Origin: an uncultured Mollicutes bacterium
GTDB taxonomy: Bacteria; Bacillota_I; Bacilli_A; ML615J-28; CAG-313
NCBI GenBank assembly: GCA_937875785.1
Contig: CALEGV010000007.1
Location: 1 to 60,737, forward strand
Length of the DNA stretch: 60,737 nucleotides
Reading direction: 5' to 3'
The notes beneath the pieces were generated by a model. It did not search any database. It worked only from the letters and a program-made list of their open reading frames with translations, and was not told where the DNA came from. This document shows positions 1 through 9,141 of this stretch, one piece after another. How positions within the stretch are numbered: the first letter of the stretch is position 1; every line of letters starts with the position of its first letter. The position numbers were made by a program, and so were the translations under genes.

Positions 1-620
1 ATCACCAATACTTGCTTTATAAATACTTGGAGGCATAATACCTCTTTTATTTAATTCTCTAGTAATCTTAACTACACCGATATTACTTAATGCTAAATCA
101 AAGATTAGTCTAACAACTCGTGCTGCCATAAACATCCCCTTTTGCATTAATAATCTTTTAGCAGTCTTCACTTTTCTTGATGTGTCTTTAGCATACATAT
201 CATTTAAGATATTTTTAAATGGTAAAAGTGAACATTGTTCACTTTATCATTATTATCATAAAGTGTATCAACATTATCATTAACCGCAATATATCTAATA
301 TCGTTATCTGGGAAGAATATTTCAATAAAGTAACTTGTTTGAATATGATTTCTTCCTAGCCTTGATAAGTCTTTTGTGATAACTAAATTTACTTTACCAT
401 CACTTATATCTTGCATCATTTTTTTAAATGCTGGACGTTCAAAGTTTAGACCACTATAACCATCATCGATATAATAGTCATAAATAGTAAATCCATGTTC
501 CAATGCATATTTTTCTAACATCATTTTTTGAGTTCTAATACTTGATGAATCACCCTCATTTCCATCGTCTAATGATAGACGACAATAAATTGCTGTGTTG
601 TAAAGTTTATTTTGCTTCAT
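1..620 (-). pseudogene. Large serine recombinase (resolvase catalytic domain plus recombinase domain), frameshifted; 3' part runs off the left window edge
   Basis: ORF 204..620 has resolvase-type motifs (YCRLSLDD, SIRTQK, GYSGLNFERPAF, ITKDLSRLGRN). Below about 240 the conserved continuation is in another frame: LLPFKNILNDMYAKDTSRKVKTAKRLL...RVVRLIFDLALSNIGVVKITRELNKRGIMPPS. KGMFMAA joins directly to RVVRLIF, so the usual ~25 aa PYGY-type linker segment seems absent. Confidence 0.75.
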
Positions 621-924
621 ATTTGGATACTCCTTTTATTAAAGCAAATAAGCTTTCACAAGCAAGTATATTATACCATACAACTAATTTAATTGCCATC
701 AGAATGGTTAACCTCTTCTTTACTAGTTAAGTTATTTTTAATATCTTTTAAAATTAGTTTTTCAATAATGTTAAAAACTTTATTTTCTCCTCCAACGGAT
801 TCTTTAATTACATAAATTGCATTCTTTTTCTCATCAATAATTGATGAAATTTTAACTCTTTGAATATTTAATTTGTTTTTCTTCTCTATAAATTTATCCT
901 CCTTTATTTCTTTTTCTATAAAAT

Positions 925-941
925 CGAAACGGGTATCCCGT
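925..941 (-). terminator. GC-rich hairpin downstream of the relaxase gene
   Basis: aaacggg-tat-cccgttt, a perfect 7-bp stem in AT-rich sequence. On the minus strand it is followed by cgattttat. Confidence 0.45.
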
Positions 942-1003
942 TTGCGAAACCTTCATGGGGAATATTAAAAAATAATATTTCCCTTATGCTCTTTCTAAAA
1001 TAA

Positions 1004-2188
1004 CTACATTTCAACTTCAATAATACATTCTTCAACAAGTCTTTCATATTCAGCTTTCTTAAGTTTGTATTGATATTCTTCAAATATTCTTGCTTCTTCA
1101 TCTTCTAATTTGTTCATAAGTTCAAATGATTTTCCTAACATCTCAAGTAACATCTTTCTATGAAATGCTTGTTCACTTTTCTTGTGTTTTAATTTCTTTT
1201 TTTCTATTTTTTCAAATCTTTTACGATTAAGTAGTTCTTTAATAATTACATTACCCATTCTTCTAAATAGATCATCTTTAAATTTATCTCTTAATAAGTA
1301 ATCGTATTCATCAATATTATGAGTTTCTGCAATACTAGTTATCTTATTATCATATTCTTGAAGTCTAATATCTAAATCTGTATATTCAAATGAATGTTTT
1401 CCTAAGTTTAAAATCTTCTTAATAATGTTATCTACGATTGGTCTACATTCCTTCATATTTGGGCTTAAATAAGCGATATGACCTTCATTTGGTAATTTGT
1501 TATAAAGTTCCTTTAAAAGCCATTTAAAGTCTTTATCTAGGCTTAAATAGGAAGATGAATTCATACTACTTCTTGCTTCATCTACCATTAACCTACGAAC
1601 TCTTTTCATTGATTCTTTAGGTGACAAAAAATGCTTTTCTATGTTCATCTTTAATTCTTTACAAGATTTAACATTTATTCTTCCTGGTCTATATTTATAG
1701 GTCTTCTTTTTGGCATCATAATACATTGACTCTTTTTCAAAAAATGATATATGAATATGTCTATTATCGGTATTGGTATGAAGACCTGCAAACCAAATAA
1801 TATTATCTTCTTTAAGTTTAAGTGCTTTAAAGAATTTAGGGAGTACACTTTTTACTAACTCTAAAGCATCTTCATAACTATCAACATTATTTAAACCATA
1901 TTCAGTTTCAAATGATATTACTAAATCCCAAATGCAGCTTTTTGTATTTCTTAATGCTTCTCTAATTAATCTTTTAGAATCATAATTAAGTAATCCTGTT
2001 TGATTAAAGACTCCAGAACTTTTTTCTAAATTACCAGTATAATCTAAATAATCAATATCTTTATTTAACTTAACACCTTTATCTATATATCCTAGATAAT
2101 CATCTTTACTATTAGATGAATAAAATACTCTTCTAGGATTATCACATTCAATATATTGAATCTTAGCAATTACATTAGGTTTGCTCAT
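1004..2188 (-). CDS. Mobilisation relaxase, MobL/MOBP-like
   Basis: 394 aa. The N-terminus MSKPNVIAKIQYIE...YLGYIDK is typical of MobL relaxases. Histidine triad HTNTDNRHIHISF (HxDxxxHxH-type). Overlaps the upstream RHH gene by 14 nt. Confidence 0.7.
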   Translation of the reverse strand: MSKPNVIAKIQYIECDNPRRVFYSSNSKDDYLGYIDKGVKLNKDIDYLDYTGNLEKSSGVFNQTGLLNYDSKRLIREALRNTKSCIWDLVISFETEYGLNNVDSYEDALELVKSVLPKFFKALKLKEDNIIWFAGLHTNTDNRHIHISFFEKESMYYDAKKKTYKYRPGRINVKSCKELKMNIEKHFLSPKESMKRVRRLMVDEARSSMNSSSYLSLDKDFKWLLKELYNKLPNEGHIAYLSPNMKECRPIVDNIIKKILNLGKHSFEYTDLDIRLQEYDNKITSIAETHNIDEYDYLLRDKFKDDLFRRMGNVIIKELLNRKRFEKIEKKKLKHKKSEQAFHRKMLLEMLGKSFELMNKLEDEEARIFEEYQYKLKKAEYERLVEECIIEVEM

Positions 2189-2618
2189 AACTATCTAACG
2201 CCTTTCGTAATTGCTTTTTAAGTCTTAAATCTAATTCATCATAATGCCCACTTTCTTCCCAAGATTCAATTAATTGATTATCCCATTTAACTCGATTATC
2301 AATAACGCATAGTAACTTATGATAAATATCATCTTTAATTTCTTTTTTATCCATTTTAGATATAATTTCAAATAATATTGCTATCATTTTATTTTGATTA
2401 TCAATTACATTAGTTAACATACTAACACATGGATCATTATAATCACCACTACGATAATCTAATGCATCATTAAGTAAATCACATATTAATGAAGTCTTAT
2501 TTGTTGTCTTTTCTTTGATTGCTTCTTTTAGTAATCTATCACTTAATTCTTTATCGTGAATTACTAAAGAAGTTACATTAAAATTTAATTTTTTCTCTAT
2601 AATCTTTTCTCCTTTCAT
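2175..2618 (-). CDS. Relaxosome accessory / ribbon-helix-helix-like protein
   Basis: 147 aa, translationally coupled to the relaxase. The N-terminal KLNFNVTSLVIHDKELSDRLLKEAIKEKTTNKTSLICDLLNDAL has a beta-alpha-alpha (CopG/MobC-like) pattern. Confidence 0.4.
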   Translation of the reverse strand: MKGEKIIEKKLNFNVTSLVIHDKELSDRLLKEAIKEKTTNKTSLICDLLNDALDYRSGDYNDPCVSMLTNVIDNQNKMIAILFEIISKMDKKEIKDDIYHKLLCVIDNRVKWDNQLIESWEESGHYDELDLRLKKQLRKALDSYEQT

Positions 2619-2792
2619 TTTTAAAATAATATTTTTTAATATTTTCTCTTATTATTAATTACTACAGACACAGTATTAATATATAAGAGATAGTAAGTAT
2701 TAAATAATTAATAATCACTAATAATAAGTGTGCTTGTATAAACTAAATCAGATGAATATAATCATTCCTCCTTTCATCTCCCTTCACCTACT

Positions 2793-2910
2793 TATACTAA
2801 ATTTCACCCATAAGTGAAGGGGTCCAACTTTAAACTTTTTTTAAATATTTTATAAATGTGTCTGTTGAAGACATAGATTTGCCTTCAAAGGAATATACTA
2901 ATTTTCACCC
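2793..2910. repeat. Two 17-nt direct repeats 101 bp apart, in the 385-bp spacer upstream of the RHH-relaxase operon
   Basis: tatactaaatttcaccc (2793-2809) and tatactaattttcaccc (2894-2910), 16/17 identical. An 8-bp inverted repeat cccttcac (2780-2787) / gtgaaggg (2814-2821) brackets the first copy. Confidence 0.6.
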
Positions 2911-2944
2911 TTCGTTACCACCCATTAATTAAAAATTTTTTTGT

Positions 2945-2986
2945 TTTTTACAAAAAGAAAAGCTTGCTTCTATTACGAAACAAGCC
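2945..2986 (-). terminator. Rho-independent terminator candidate after the wHTH gene
   Basis: Stem gcttgcttc (2962-2970) / gaaacaagc (2977-2985), 8/9 paired. On the minus strand it is followed by tttctttttgt. Confidence 0.5.
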
Positions 2987-3003
2987 TGGTGCTTAATATT
3001 TAA

Positions 3004-3528
3004 TTATTTAGAAAGAAACTTTTCTCTTCTCTTTCTTAATTCTTCTTTATGATCTTTTAATATTTCAAATTGATTAATTCTTTCTTCTGGTTCTAAATCC
3101 GGATGTAATTTAAAATCCATCCAATCCCAATCTCTAAAACCATAAGGATTATTAATATCATAAAGTAATTCTAGTGTTAATTCTTTACCAGTTTTAATTC
3201 TAGGTGTTCCTATATAAGTAATCTTATTACCAGATTGTCTTCCATTAATAAAGCATGACTCAACATTAATTAATCCTTCATTAACTAATTCTTTAATTAT
3301 CTTTTGTATAGTTCTATCGCTAACTGCTAGTTTAGATGATAAATAATTAACTTTAATTGGAGTACCATTATTATCGATAATATAATTTAGGATTATTTCT
3401 TTTCGTTCACTAGGAGTAGGTTTGCGATAATGATAAACTGTTGTTCTTAAAGTTTCATCATATACTTCTAGTATTACTATACCGTATTTACGATAATTTT
3501 CTTCTTCTGATGTGTAGTACATATTCAT
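3004..3528 (-). CDS. Winged-helix DNA-binding protein (regulator or Rep-like)
   Basis: 174 aa. HTH segment VNYLSSKLAVSDRTIQKIIKELVNEGLI. Only 2 nt downstream of the Toprim gene. Confidence 0.5.
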   Translation of the reverse strand: MNMYYTSEEENYRKYGIVILEVYDETLRTTVYHYRKPTPSERKEIILNYIIDNNGTPIKVNYLSSKLAVSDRTIQKIIKELVNEGLINVESCFINGRQSGNKITYIGTPRIKTGKELTLELLYDINNPYGFRDWDWMDFKLHPDLEPEERINQFEILKDHKEELRKRREKFLSK

Positions 3529-3530
3529 TC

Positions 3531-4744
3531 CTATTTATTTTGAAATTCATTATTCCTTTCTCTTATCCAAAACGCAATTATGTCATCTAATAAAAATTTA
3601 ATTTTAGATAAATTGTAATCTTCATTTTTATAATTAGAAAAAAACACTTTGGAATATTGTTCTTTATTTTCTAAAGCTCCTTGATATTGATTCATAGAAA
3701 TATTATATCCTCCCCATCTAATGCGAGGATTGGTATCATTTTTATAATTTAAATCTAAAAAATTCTCAATAGAAACAGCTTTACCATTTATATTATCAAA
3801 AGTCTCACCGCAAGGACCAATACATAAAAATTCTTCAAATTCAGAATAATTCGGCAAATGATAAAATTTTATATTTGCCATTTTAGTACATTCATTTTTG
3901 CACTTGTTGTACATTTCTATTCCAGAAGTATCATTATCAAATATTACCAATACATTATTTATTATTTTAATATGTGTCAATCCTTTACAAAAATTATACA
4001 ATTGTCCACAACTACCAAATGGATAATTTTTATCCATATCGACAAAATCAAATAAATCTGATATTTCTCCATATAAATATTGAAGAGATTTTTTTATTAT
4101 ATTTGTATCACTTGATCCTTCTGTAACTATCATTATTTTATCTTTTTGATTAACATGTGGTTTTAATTCTTCTTCAGTCACCCATTCCGACTCTATAACA
4201 TCCGCAATATACCAAGTAACCTCTTCTTCTTGCACACTAGGATTATCGCATAATATCCTCAAAATTAATCTTGGAGGTATATTTTCATACCATTCATAAT
4301 CAATTCCCATTTCATTAAATGGTAATATTTTTTTAATTTCTAGTTGTCCGAAAACTTCAATTTTTGCATACTCACCTAAATCATAATCCTCATTATATAA
4401 ATTTTGATTAATCGTTCCAATATCAATTTTTGTGAATACATTATAAAACTCTTCGAACGTTAATAAGACAATTTCCTCATCTCTATATTCGTAATACTCT
4501 TTAAACAGATTATCGTATATTCTTTTACATGAACCTATATCATACCCTAAAACATCTAATCTTTTTTTATTTTTTGTATTGGAGAAGAATACGCTAGTTT
4601 TCTTTCGATAACATTCTCGGCATAATAATAATCAACATACTTATAATCATTATCTTGAAAAAGATCATTAAAAGGCTCAAAATAATTATTTTTTCCCCAC
4701 GCAACATCAAATTTTTTAATCCCTAATGTAATATATGTTCCCAT
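3531..4744 (-). pseudogene. HEPN/Toprim-associated N-terminal domain plus Toprim-domain protein, split by one frameshift in an A6-T-A7 tract
   Basis: ORF 4556..4756 (ATG at 4744 after GGAGG; MGTYITLGIKKFDVAWGKNNYF) stops at 4556. The -1 frame is open from the A-run (plus-strand T7 4562-4568) and reads RLDVLGYDIGSCKRIYDNLF... straight into ORF 3531..4310. Toprim-like acidic motifs IMIVTEGSSD and VIFDNDTSG. Confidence 0.7.
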
Positions 4745-4800
4745 GTCATCCTCCAAATTTTAAATATTAAAATTTTAATTTATAAAAGATTTTTTAACAT

Positions 4801-5466
4801 TTATCGATAAAAAGTTATTCTTTCTTGGTTGTTACAAATATATTTATTCTCAACATAATTTTTAAGCATTCTTCTTTCAACAATTTGTAATCCTTCTTCT
4901 TTAGTTTCCCATCTCCAAACAACTTTTGTTGCTTTTCCAATTAACACATAATTTTGAGAGGTTTCTACTAACTCTGGATTATAAACTTCTAAATAAAATC
5001 TATCTTCTCCATTATTTGTAAATACATATAATGTATAACCTACATTTACTTTTGTATCTATTAATTTGAAGCAACTATCCGCAATTTTATAATTTTGATC
5101 TCTAGATCCTATGATAATTCTTCCATACGCCTTTACACCATTAGCCACTTTATTAATTTCAACAGCAAAATGGTTGTATTCTTTTATGCCAATCACTTTC
5201 TTTTCTAGCTTTTTTGATTCTTTATCAGAAATTGAAAAAATATGATAATGTCCTAATCCATATTCAATAGCAACAAAGAAAATAATTTTATCTTTAGAAA
5301 TAACATAAAATACTTGTTGCATAAAAGGGCTCACAACATTCTTTTTGCCAATTGGAATAATAAATTTATTATACTCATTCCAATATTCTTGCATTATCTT
5401 AACACCATTTAATTCAACATCAGAACCAAGTGGATAAAACCCAAAATATTTAACTGCTACAAACAT
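4801..5466 (-). CDS. Hypothetical protein (soluble)
   Basis: 221-aa ORF, 3 nt downstream of the previous gene in the same operon. No motif recognised. Confidence 0.55.
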   Translation of the reverse strand: MFVAVKYFGFYPLGSDVELNGVKIMQEYWNEYNKFIIPIGKKNVVSPFMQQVFYVISKDKIIFFVAIEYGLGHYHIFSISDKESKKLEKKVIGIKEYNHFAVEINKVANGVKAYGRIIIGSRDQNYKIADSCFKLIDTKVNVGYTLYVFTNNGEDRFYLEVYNPELVETSQNYVLIGKATKVVWRWETKEEGLQIVERRMLKNYVENKYICNNQERITFYR

Positions 5467-5469
5467 AAT

Positions 5470-6192
5470 TTATCTACTCCATTTCTCATTAAATTCTTTT
5501 ATTGTTTTTTTAATGTCAATATTATCAATGTGATAATGAGTATAATTAGCATAACGCTTATTAAATCTTAATTTATCATGATTAACCATTGTTTCGTAAA
5601 AATCTATGAAAAATGTAAATCTATGGATTCCTAATTTCCAAACAATAGTATCATTTGTAAATGTAAAATCACCTTCAAGATAATTTTCATCAACGTATTC
5701 TTTAATTTCTTGAATTATTCTTTCAATACTTGTCCCAAATTTTACTTCTCTTAATCTTTTCATAAGTTCATCAATACTAATTGATAGTTCATCTTTTGGA
5801 ATGTAATAATAAGATTTTTTTAATTCTAAAAAAACATACTTTTTGTATGAATAGAAATTAATATTTTCTTTTTCTTTTATTTCTTTGCTATCTTTAAAGA
5901 ATTTAAATTCTTCAATTACAAATAAATGTTTAGTTTTTATACCTTTTTCTTTTAATATTTTATCATCATATTTACTAAAAGCACTCGCAAATAAAACTAT
6001 CAACAACAAAAATGCAAATATTCCCCAAACATATAGTAATTCATACAAAGGAATTGCGATTGCAACAATAGATATAGCAATACAAATTAAAGCAAATATT
6101 AAAAACATTTTTGTTAAATTACGTTTATTATAAGCTGCAATAGCTCTAGCATCATTATATCCGTAAAATTGAATCATAAGTTTACCTCTCAT
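5470..6192 (-). CDS. Hypothetical membrane protein, YcxB-like architecture
   Basis: 240 aa. Two adjacent N-terminal TM helices (FLIFALICIAISIVAIAI, VWGIFAFLLLIVLFASAF), then a segment YVFLELKKSYYYIPKDELS resembling YcxB-like domains. Confidence 0.5.
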   Translation of the reverse strand: MRGKLMIQFYGYNDARAIAAYNKRNLTKMFLIFALICIAISIVAIAIPLYELLYVWGIFAFLLLIVLFASAFSKYDDKILKEKGIKTKHLFVIEEFKFFKDSKEIKEKENINFYSYKKYVFLELKKSYYYIPKDELSISIDELMKRLREVKFGTSIERIIQEIKEYVDENYLEGDFTFTNDTIVWKLGIHRFTFFIDFYETMVNHDKLRFNKRYANYTHYHIDNIDIKKTIKEFNEKWSR

Positions 6193-6235
6193 AAATTAAT
6201 TTTTTAACTATTTTTTTAAGAATAATATCAAAATT

Positions 6236-6997
6236 TTATTTGCTTTTGTATGTTTCTAAATTACTCCAGTTAAAACAATAGATAATTGTATTAAAAGGAA
6301 CTTTCTTATTTCTAAGTGATTCTAATCTTTTTTCTAAATCTTCAGTATCGTCAAACTCCGGGTTTTCATCCTTATAATAGCATTCATTACCATACCATCT
6401 ATTGTTTAACTTTGAATGGTAACACACGAAAGTCATTTTGTTTTGCATAACTTCTTTTATCGTATTTAAGTATGAATCTATAAATTCTTGTTCATTATGA
6501 CACTCATAATATTCAAACCAATAAGTGCCAAACCATAAATCAACAACACTATCCAACACTTTATCAATTTCAATTTCTAAATGTTGATTATGATTAGGAT
6601 TGGTTATTTCAAGAATAACTAAATCACAAGTTGCACAATCAAGTTTTGACCCTTTTTGTTTATAATAATCATAATCCGTTGTATCATATTTTCTATAAGC
6701 AATATTGTTTTTCTCCAATATATTAACAATATCATTTAATCCTAAACATCCATCTAAGCTATGTATGTCTTGTAACCTTCTAATAAAGTGTTTTAAATTG
6801 TTTGAACGAACAAGTTCAATTAAATAAGTCAATTTAAAGCTTAAAAGATATTTTACTTCCAAATCGTCTAAATCAAATTTGCTTTTCAAATTTTCTTTAG
6901 CAATATCTAAATTCTCTGATGTTTGAATAGTTTTAATTATTCCATTTACAAAATGTTTTGGAAATAACTTATATTTAAATTTAATCATAACAATCAC
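6236..6997 (-). CDS. Hypothetical protein (soluble, Cys/Trp/Tyr-rich C-terminal half)
   Basis: 253-aa ORF in the operon. No motif recognised. Confidence 0.55.
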   Translation of the reverse strand: MIVMIKFKYKLFPKHFVNGIIKTIQTSENLDIAKENLKSKFDLDDLEVKYLLSFKLTYLIELVRSNNLKHFIRRLQDIHSLDGCLGLNDIVNILEKNNIAYRKYDTTDYDYYKQKGSKLDCATCDLVILEITNPNHNQHLEIEIDKVLDSVVDLWFGTYWFEYYECHNEQEFIDSYLNTIKEVMQNKMTFVCYHSKLNNRWYGNECYYKDENPEFDDTEDLEKRLESLRNKKVPFNTIIYCFNWSNLETYKSK

Positions 6998-7002
6998 TTC
7001 CT

Positions 7003-7317
7003 TTAGTTAGTAAAATACTTAGCTAAGATATAAACGATTTTAGTAGTAGGTTCGTAAATATCTTTATCTCTATAATCACACGATTTATATTTATAGATAA
7101 TATTTTCCACTTCTATTCTATCCTCATAAGTTATGAATAAGGATTTTTCTACATCATCAAATGTTGATCCATTATCTATACTTATTTGATATGAGTCAAA
7201 TTCACTAATTTTAATAATAAAGTTATTCTTCACTAGTTTATATGTGTATTTTTTATTATTTTTTTCTTTGTTTAATTCAAATCCCTTTTCTAATAAGATT
7301 TTACATTTATTTGACAT
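7003..7317 (-). CDS. Hypothetical small protein
   Basis: 104-aa ORF, 5 nt upstream of the next gene. Confidence 0.5.
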   Translation of the reverse strand: MSNKCKILLEKGFELNKEKNNKKYTYKLVKNNFIIKISEFDSYQISIDNGSTFDDVEKSLFITYEDRIEVENIIYKYKSCDYRDKDIYEPTTKIVYILAKYFTN

Positions 7318-7332
7318 TCTATTTCTAAGAGA

Positions 7333-7623
7333 CTAAATAATTAAATTAACTATAGTAAATATTGCTATTGGGATAATAACAATCACTATAACTGGTGCTA
7401 ATGCTATTAAACGCAAGCAATCTTCAACTTTATCTTTTTTAATAACTGGATTTTTATTAGTAAGCATAATAAAACCTGCCGCTAACCAAATTGTAATAAC
7501 TATAATAGATAATATTAATCCCAAACTACCTTCATATGAAGGATTAATCAAGTTAAAATATATTAATATAAATCCTAAAAGTAAATATGAACTTATTAAT
7601 AATAAATAACAAATTTTCTTCAT
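7333..7623 (-). CDS. Hypothetical small membrane protein (3 predicted TM)
   Basis: 96 aa, almost entirely hydrophobic helices. Confidence 0.5.
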   Translation of the reverse strand: MKKICYLLLISSYLLLGFILIYFNLINPSYEGSLGLILSIIVITIWLAAGFIMLTNKNPVIKKDKVEDCLRLIALAPVIVIVIIPIAIFTIVNLII

Positions 7624-7639
7624 ATAACTATCCTCTACA

Positions 7640-8776
7640 TTACACTCCTAAAATATAAAATCCTTTATAGTTTCTTTGAACCATATGTAGCCACTCAAGA
7701 ATTGTTTCATAATCTTTTGGTCTATTATCTTCTATTTTCTTAATAATTGTTTCTAAATCAGTTAATGAATAATAATTTATACCAAATAAGTCTAGTGACT
7801 TTGTATTATTTGGATGCAAACCATTATCAAAAACATCTCCATAGTTAACTAAAAATTCATCCATTGATTCATCGCTAATAACATCCACAAATAAGGATGA
7901 CTTTTTAGAAAACTCTATTTTATTAAAATTCGGCTTATTTGATTCTATTAATTGAAATTCAATATAACCACTGCCTTTTTTTTGATAATAAAATAAAAAC
8001 ATTTTGTCAGTAGGAGTAGAATAACCATAATCATACCAATAAATAATTTTGCTCATTTCATATATAGCTTCTTCCAAAGATAAATACACTTTTTCTTCAC
8101 ATTCATATTCTTCACACCATATTAGTATATCAGTGTCAATTTCTTTTGCTTTAAAAAATGTGTTTGCTAAATCCAACTTATATATTTTTATCTGATAATT
8201 ATTATCATTCTTTTGAATTGTTACAGCGTGATTATAATTTTTATCATATTTAATTTCCACAGAATCCATTAAACTATAATTATTTGGTGTAGTTTTTTTT
8301 ATATAGGACAAATTCTTCTGTTTATCTTCAATTAATAATTCGAATGAAAAAGTATTATTTTTATTTTCTTTTACTTTTTTTACAATCAATAGTGAATAAT
8401 TATCTTCACGATCTATTATATCAAAATATACTTTTGCATATTGATTTTCAAAATAACAAGACTTAATTGTCTTTCCACCAAATTTGTTTTTAATTTTTTT
8501 ATTTAATAATTTCTTTTCCCTAATTATCTTGCATTTCTCTACAATATTATCAGAGTATCTATAATAAACATGATCGATAATTACTATATAACATTTTCTT
8601 GATGAACCTATCAAATCAAATATTAATAGAGACAACATACAAACAGATAAAACTGTTAAACTTATCAAAGTGTTAGTTTCCTTTGAAATGCTAAATGAGA
8701 TAACATTTGCAGCAATGGCTATAGACCAACAAATATATAAAATTCTTAAAACATTAAATTCTTTTTTCATGTTCAT
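7640..8776 (-). CDS. Hypothetical membrane-anchored protein (2 N-terminal TM plus ~300-aa soluble domain)
   Basis: 378-aa ORF, first gene of the operon, directly downstream of a consensus promoter. Confidence 0.55.
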   Translation of the reverse strand: MNMKKEFNVLRILYICWSIAIAANVISFSISKETNTLISLTVLSVCMLSLLIFDLIGSSRKCYIVIIDHVYYRYSDNIVEKCKIIREKKLLNKKIKNKFGGKTIKSCYFENQYAKVYFDIIDREDNYSLLIVKKVKENKNNTFSFELLIEDKQKNLSYIKKTTPNNYSLMDSVEIKYDKNYNHAVTIQKNDNNYQIKIYKLDLANTFFKAKEIDTDILIWCEEYECEEKVYLSLEEAIYEMSKIIYWYDYGYSTPTDKMFLFYYQKKGSGYIEFQLIESNKPNFNKIEFSKKSSLFVDVISDESMDEFLVNYGDVFDNGLHPNNTKSLDLFGINYYSLTDLETIIKKIEDNRPKDYETILEWLHMVQRNYKGFYILGV

Positions 8777-8838
8777 ATGCCTTTCATAAATTTATACTTT
8801 AATTCGTATAATAAAATCACGAACATTTCATTGACTAT

Positions 8839-8867
8839 ATTATACTTTTTTATTTTGATATAATCAA
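8839..8867 (-). promoter_or_regulatory. SigA-type promoter for the six-gene operon
   Basis: Minus strand reads TTGATT (8862-8867), a 17-nt spacer, then TATAAT (8839-8844), about 60 nt upstream of the 8776 start. Confidence 0.5.
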
Positions 8868-8989
8868 TTTAAACAAGCATATATCAGACTTGTTCTACTA
8901 TATAAAGCTAGACGTACTTTATATAGTTTGGTTGTGGAGACGAGTATCATTTAATTGGACATCTATATGATGAACCCGTGGTATAATAT

Positions 8990-9141
8990 GTCTCCCTTCC
9001 ACCTCTTGTATAACTAGATCAATCAATTTGGATACATATATTATTTATGTAAACCAGCATCAAAAGCGAATATAAGTAAAAAGAGTCATTGGAAGTTCTT
9101 CAACCATATCACTATTACGTCTAGAAATCGAGGTGTTATAT
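8990..9141 (+). ncRNA. Candidate IS110 bridge/seek RNA in the 5' non-coding end
   Basis: Extended -10 TGgTATAAT at 8979-8987, with about 150 nt of non-coding sequence before the transposase RBS (aggtg 9131-9135). In IS110-group elements the guide RNA lies upstream of the recombinase gene. No structure was verified. Confidence 0.3.

Noticed and set aside
689-889. 66-codon minus-strand frame between relaxase and recombinase, preceded by a perfect AAGGAGG (898-904)
   Set aside because: The only codon at proper spacing is ATA, and there is no ATG/GTG/TTG in frame near the RBS. It could be a small Xis/RDF-like gene with a damaged or non-canonical start, but this cannot be supported from sequence alone.
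916-1101. 61-aa ORF overlapping the 3' end of the relaxase gene
   Set aside because: It overlaps a well-supported gene in another frame, and its tail runs through the terminator hairpin. No RBS.
8909-9123. 9-bp reverse complementarity between the hairpin loop ctagacgta (8909-8917) and tacgtctag (9115-9123) in the IS110 upstream region; tempting as a guide-target pairing
   Set aside because: A 9-mer inverted match within about 350 bp of AT-rich sequence is close to chance expectation. The IS ends are not defined, so no guide assignment is justified.
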